NCBI RefSeq assembly: GCF_006345805.1
Contig: NW_021836247.1
Coordinates: 1-25,034, forward strand
Direction: 5' to 3'
DNA: 25,034 nucleotides
Source: Octopus sinensis
Taxonomy: Eukaryota
Below, piece after piece: positions 21,536 to 25,034 of the stretch. A model generated the notes under the pieces. The model was not told the DNA's origin and searched no databases. It saw only the letters and a program-made list of their open reading frames with translations. Positions within the stretch are counted from its first letter, which is position 1; every line of letters starts with the position of its first letter. The translations under genes and the position numbers were made by a program.

Positions 21536-22185
21536 TTTATCATAGAAAGAGCGTTTAGCTAGATTACAGGAGCGATCGCAATGTTTATTGACCTTCGTGT
21601 GAACAATTAAGAGAAAGATCGGTGGGGAGGTGGAGACGGAGGGAGTCAGGTGACGAGGAAGGACCCCTCCCTTCCCGCAAAAAAATCAATATATTACTCA
21701 TCAATGCCGAACAAGGTAACCAATTTATGTGTGTTGAGCGTGTGTATGTGTGTGAGAGTATATATATATATGTGTGTGTATATTTGTGTATCTGTGTATT
21801 TGTGTGTGAGCATATATATATGTGTGTATATTTGTGTGTGTGAGTATATATGTGTGTGTGTATATATATATATATGGGCGTGGGAGTATATATGTGTGTG
21901 TATATCTGTGTGTACATGGATATATACATGTGTGCGTGTGAGTATATATACGTGTGTGTGAGCACTATGAATATACGTATGAATTAGAGAGAGTGCGTGT
22001 GTGTGTGTGTGTGTATGTGTGTGTGTGCGTAAGTGAGATTTTGCGCATTTCATTTTTCTTCTTTCTGGTTCATAGAATATTTATGCTTCCTGCTTCTTTT
22101 GTTGCACATTGAGGATATGTATATATATATATATATGGTATATATATATAATATATATATATTATATATATATATAATATATATA

Positions 22186-22218
<33 letters not shown>

Positions 22219-22360
22219 GCCGGTCGTCAACCTCCACTCTCTTCCTTTCCTCTCCACCTCTGAATGAATGACATGACTTAATAAATGAATGTGGGTCACA
22301 ATCTCTAGTGACACATTTCCCTGCCAATATATACATATAAATATGTAATATAATATATAT

Positions 22361-22643
22361 ATATTCAATATGCAAAAAGGGTGGAATATAATTAATTTAA
22401 TAAATTAATAAATTTCACCTAGTAATTTATCGGTATGGAAAAGACCATATTTGGTAAGGGTTATAATAATTATAATTAGGGTTAATTGCAACAACTTGCT
22501 CAAACCACATACCGAAATATTAGAAATAGCAGTCAAATTGATCACTATTATTAGTAGAGGAAATATTGATCAATTTGACTGCTATTTCTAATATTTTCGG
22601 ATGTGGTTTTGAGCAAGTTTGTTGCAATTAACTCTTAATTATA
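22361..22643 (-). mobile_element. TA-flanked repeat (family Q): ~110 bp unique segment plus ~170-bp fold-back
   Basis: Arms 22471-22544 and 22567-22643 (aattgcaacaacttgctcaaaccacat..aatattagaaatagcagtcaaattgatca and its complement), 22-nt spacer; homologous to 6488-6640. Confidence 0.75.
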
Positions 22644-22659
22644 TATATATATATATATC

Positions 22660-22818
22660 GCAGGATTAGCTGTGTGGTAAGTAGCTTGCTAACCAACCAC
22701 ATGGTTCCGGGTTCAGTCCCCCCTGCGTGGCATCTTGGCAAGTGTTTTCTTTCTATAGCCCGGCCGACCAATGCCTTGTGAGTGGATTTGGTAGACAGAA
22801 ACTGAAAGAAGCCTGTCG

Positions 22819-22850
<32 letters not shown>

Positions 22851-23087
22851 GGTGTGTGGTGTATGTGTGTGTTTGTGTGTCTGTGTTTGTCCCCCCTAGC
22901 ATTGCTTGACAACCGATGCTGGTGTGTTTACGTCCCCGTCACTTAGGCGGTTCGGCAAAAGAGACCGATAGAATAAGTACGTACGGGCGTACCAAAATAA
23001 GTCCCGGGTCGATTTGTTCGACTAAAGGCGGTGCTCCAGCAGGCCGCAGTCAATGACTGAAACACGTAAAAGAGTAAAAAGAGAGAG
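22660..23087 (+). mobile_element. SINE family C, full length (tRNA head, CORE-like domain, TA/TG linker, 3' domain, CR1-like tail)
   Basis: A box gctgtgtggtaa, B box ggttcagtcc, catcttggcaagtgttttct, linker about 22819-22880, tail aaggcggtgctccagcaggccgcagtc..aaaagagtaaaaagag. Confidence 0.92.
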
Positions 23088-23099
23088 TATATATGTATG

Positions 23100-23242
23100 T
23101 ATACCGGATTAAGCCAATAAATGCGAAACAGGTGGAAAAAAAGAGTACTCAATACCAGAGGTAGAGTATATGCACATTCTTAAAAGCACAGAAATATCAC
23201 AAAACCTGTTACTCAGAGTTTCACGTTCCCCATTCGTCGGAC
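23100..23242 (-). ncRNA. Hammerhead motif (23206-23242, U4C variant) plus ~105-nt tail ending in TA-rich repeat
   Basis: - strand GT-CCGACGA-AT-ggggaac-GT-GAAAC-T-CTG-AGT-A-AC; predicted cleavage at 23210/23209. Confidence 0.55.
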
Positions 23243-23249
23243 GTCCTGG

Positions 23250-23310
23250 ATCGATTTGCTCCAGCATGGCCGCAGTCCAAAGACTGGAACAAATAAAAGA
23301 CAAAAGAATA
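23250..23310 (+). mobile_element. SINE C 3' tail fragment with internal deletion
   Basis: tcgatttgct|ccagcatggccgcagtccaaagactggaacaaataaaagacaaaag. Confidence 0.7.
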
Positions 23311-23338
23311 TGTATTACATATATATATATATATATAG

Positions 23339-23370
<32 letters not shown>

Positions 23371-23702
23371 TATATGGCATAAGTGTAATCGCTGGATTGC
23401 ATTACTTTGGCGTTTCCATATTATTCCACATATATTCTACATGTATGTGTGCTTGTGCGTCGTGCGTATCTACGTATCTATGTATATGCATTTATGTATT
23501 ATTACAAGTATGCCCCTGGTTCGATAACACTATCAAGAAATGCATGGCACTAAATACGAATAAAAAGTAATATATAGTTGTATAGAGTAATGTAACTACA
23601 GATTTTCTCTCGTGATTACTTCACTTTTCCTATCATTTACAAAACTAGACTTCGGCCTTTATAGAGATAACGGGTTGGCTATATCAAAATACTGAACTAT
23701 AA

Positions 23703-24116
23703 GGCGGCGAGCTGGCAGAAACGTTAGCGCGCCGGGCGAAATGCTTAGCGGTATTTCGTCTGTCGTTACGTTCTGAGTTCAAATTCCGCCGAGGTCGACA
23801 TTGCCTTTCATCCTTTCGGGGTCGATAAATAAAGTACTAGTTTTGCACTAGGGTCGATGTAATCAACTTAATCCGTTTGTCTGTCCTTGTTTGTCCCCTC
23901 TATGTTTAGCCCCTTGTGGGTAATAAAGAAATAGGTATTTCGTCTGTCGTTACGTTCTGAGTTCAAATTCTGCCGAGGTCGACTTTACCTTTTATCCTTT
24001 CGGGGTCGATAAATTAAGTACCAGTTTCGCACTGGGGTCGATGTAATCGACTTAATCCGTTTCTCTGTCCTTGTCTGTCCCCTCTATGTTTGGCCCCTTG
24101 TGGTAGTAAAGAAATA
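23703..24116 (+). mobile_element. SINE family B partial dimer with 19-bp TSD
   Basis: Junction aaagaaata|ggtatttcgtc near 23933; TSD tatatcaa(a/g)atactgaact at 23680-23698 and 24117-24135. Confidence 0.93.
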
Positions 24117-24734
24117 TATATCAAGATACTGAACTTTTGTCCTCAAATAAAGAAATCTTAGAGAATAAAGACCCTATAACAATAGTGAAGCTCAACTAGA
24201 TTCAAAGATAAAATTCCTTATTCGCCTAACTCCATTCTATTTCCCCAACTAAAGAAAGGCACCGCTATGACATATTGTTTCTATGCCTCTTTTATATTTG
24301 ACTTAAACTTTTACACATCCTTCAAACTTAATAGGTAAATACTGCCAAACAAACAATAAATAGAGAGCGCTGTTTAACAGAAATATTTTAAAATTAAACT
24401 ACAGATGAAAAGAACATTGTATATACCACACAATAAAACTGAGGGGATATGATAGTACTGATATCTCGAAACGTGCATACTAAATTTTGCGGAAGCCATT
24501 ATTTATAAATAGAGGTAATTTCTATAAAACCAACCAATTACGTGGCACGTGAGCGATATATAGGCATGACCGAAAACTACTTGCTCTTTCAGACAATTTG
24601 ATATTTGAAATCCGACGAAATTAGCTGTCTACATCTGGCAATTATCAGAAAAATCTCCTAATTACAACATCAAAAGGAAGATTATGGAAAAATAAAAGAC
24701 ACGGAAGAATGGAAAAGAAAGACGTAATCTCTTA

Positions 24735-24812
24735 TATGTGTGTGTGTGTGTGTGTGTCTTCATCTATATAGTTGTGTGTGGTGTGGTGTATGTACGTGTG
24801 TGTATGTGTGTT

Positions 24813-24849
<37 letters not shown>

Positions 24850-24950
24850 ATGCGTGTGTGTGTGTGTGCATGTATGTATGTATGTATGTATGTATGTATG
24901 TATGTATGTATGTATGTATGTATATGTATGTATGTATATGCACACACTCA
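24735..24950. repeat. Compound GT/TA/TATG microsatellite
   Basis: Direct reading. Confidence 0.9.
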
Positions 24951-25034
24951 CACATGGAATTATATTGATTCCATCGGAAAATTGATAGCCACTACCATTA
25001 TACATATATATAGGGATATAGATATATTATATAT

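Overview
AT-rich, microsatellite-dense eukaryotic non-coding DNA. The SINE families and TA/GATA/CA arrays look like Octopus (coleoid cephalopod) intronic or intergenic sequence; this assignment is from recall, not a database search. No host protein-coding exon can be supported, and nearly all listed ORFs are translations of simple repeats. The window is a mosaic of mobile elements: three tRNA-derived SINE families (my labels A, B, C) and a fourth (ATG)n-tailed retroposon (D); a decayed CR1-type LINE whose 3' tail matches the tail of SINE C; an RTE-type LINE fragment; a non-autonomous Helitron; and a Tc1/mariner-like MITE. The most unusual signal is a set of short elements that end in (TA)n tracts. 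Several carry type I hammerhead-ribozyme (HHR) motifs (about 5.6, 8.2, 11.2, 17.3, 17.8 and 23.2 kb). Several have fold-back 5' ends, and two are head-to-head palindromes with an HHR-like motif on each strand. The best interpretation is non-autonomous Penelope-like/retrozyme-like termini. SINE B also retrotransposes as a head+body+body partial dimer with an invariant junction and clear target-site duplications.
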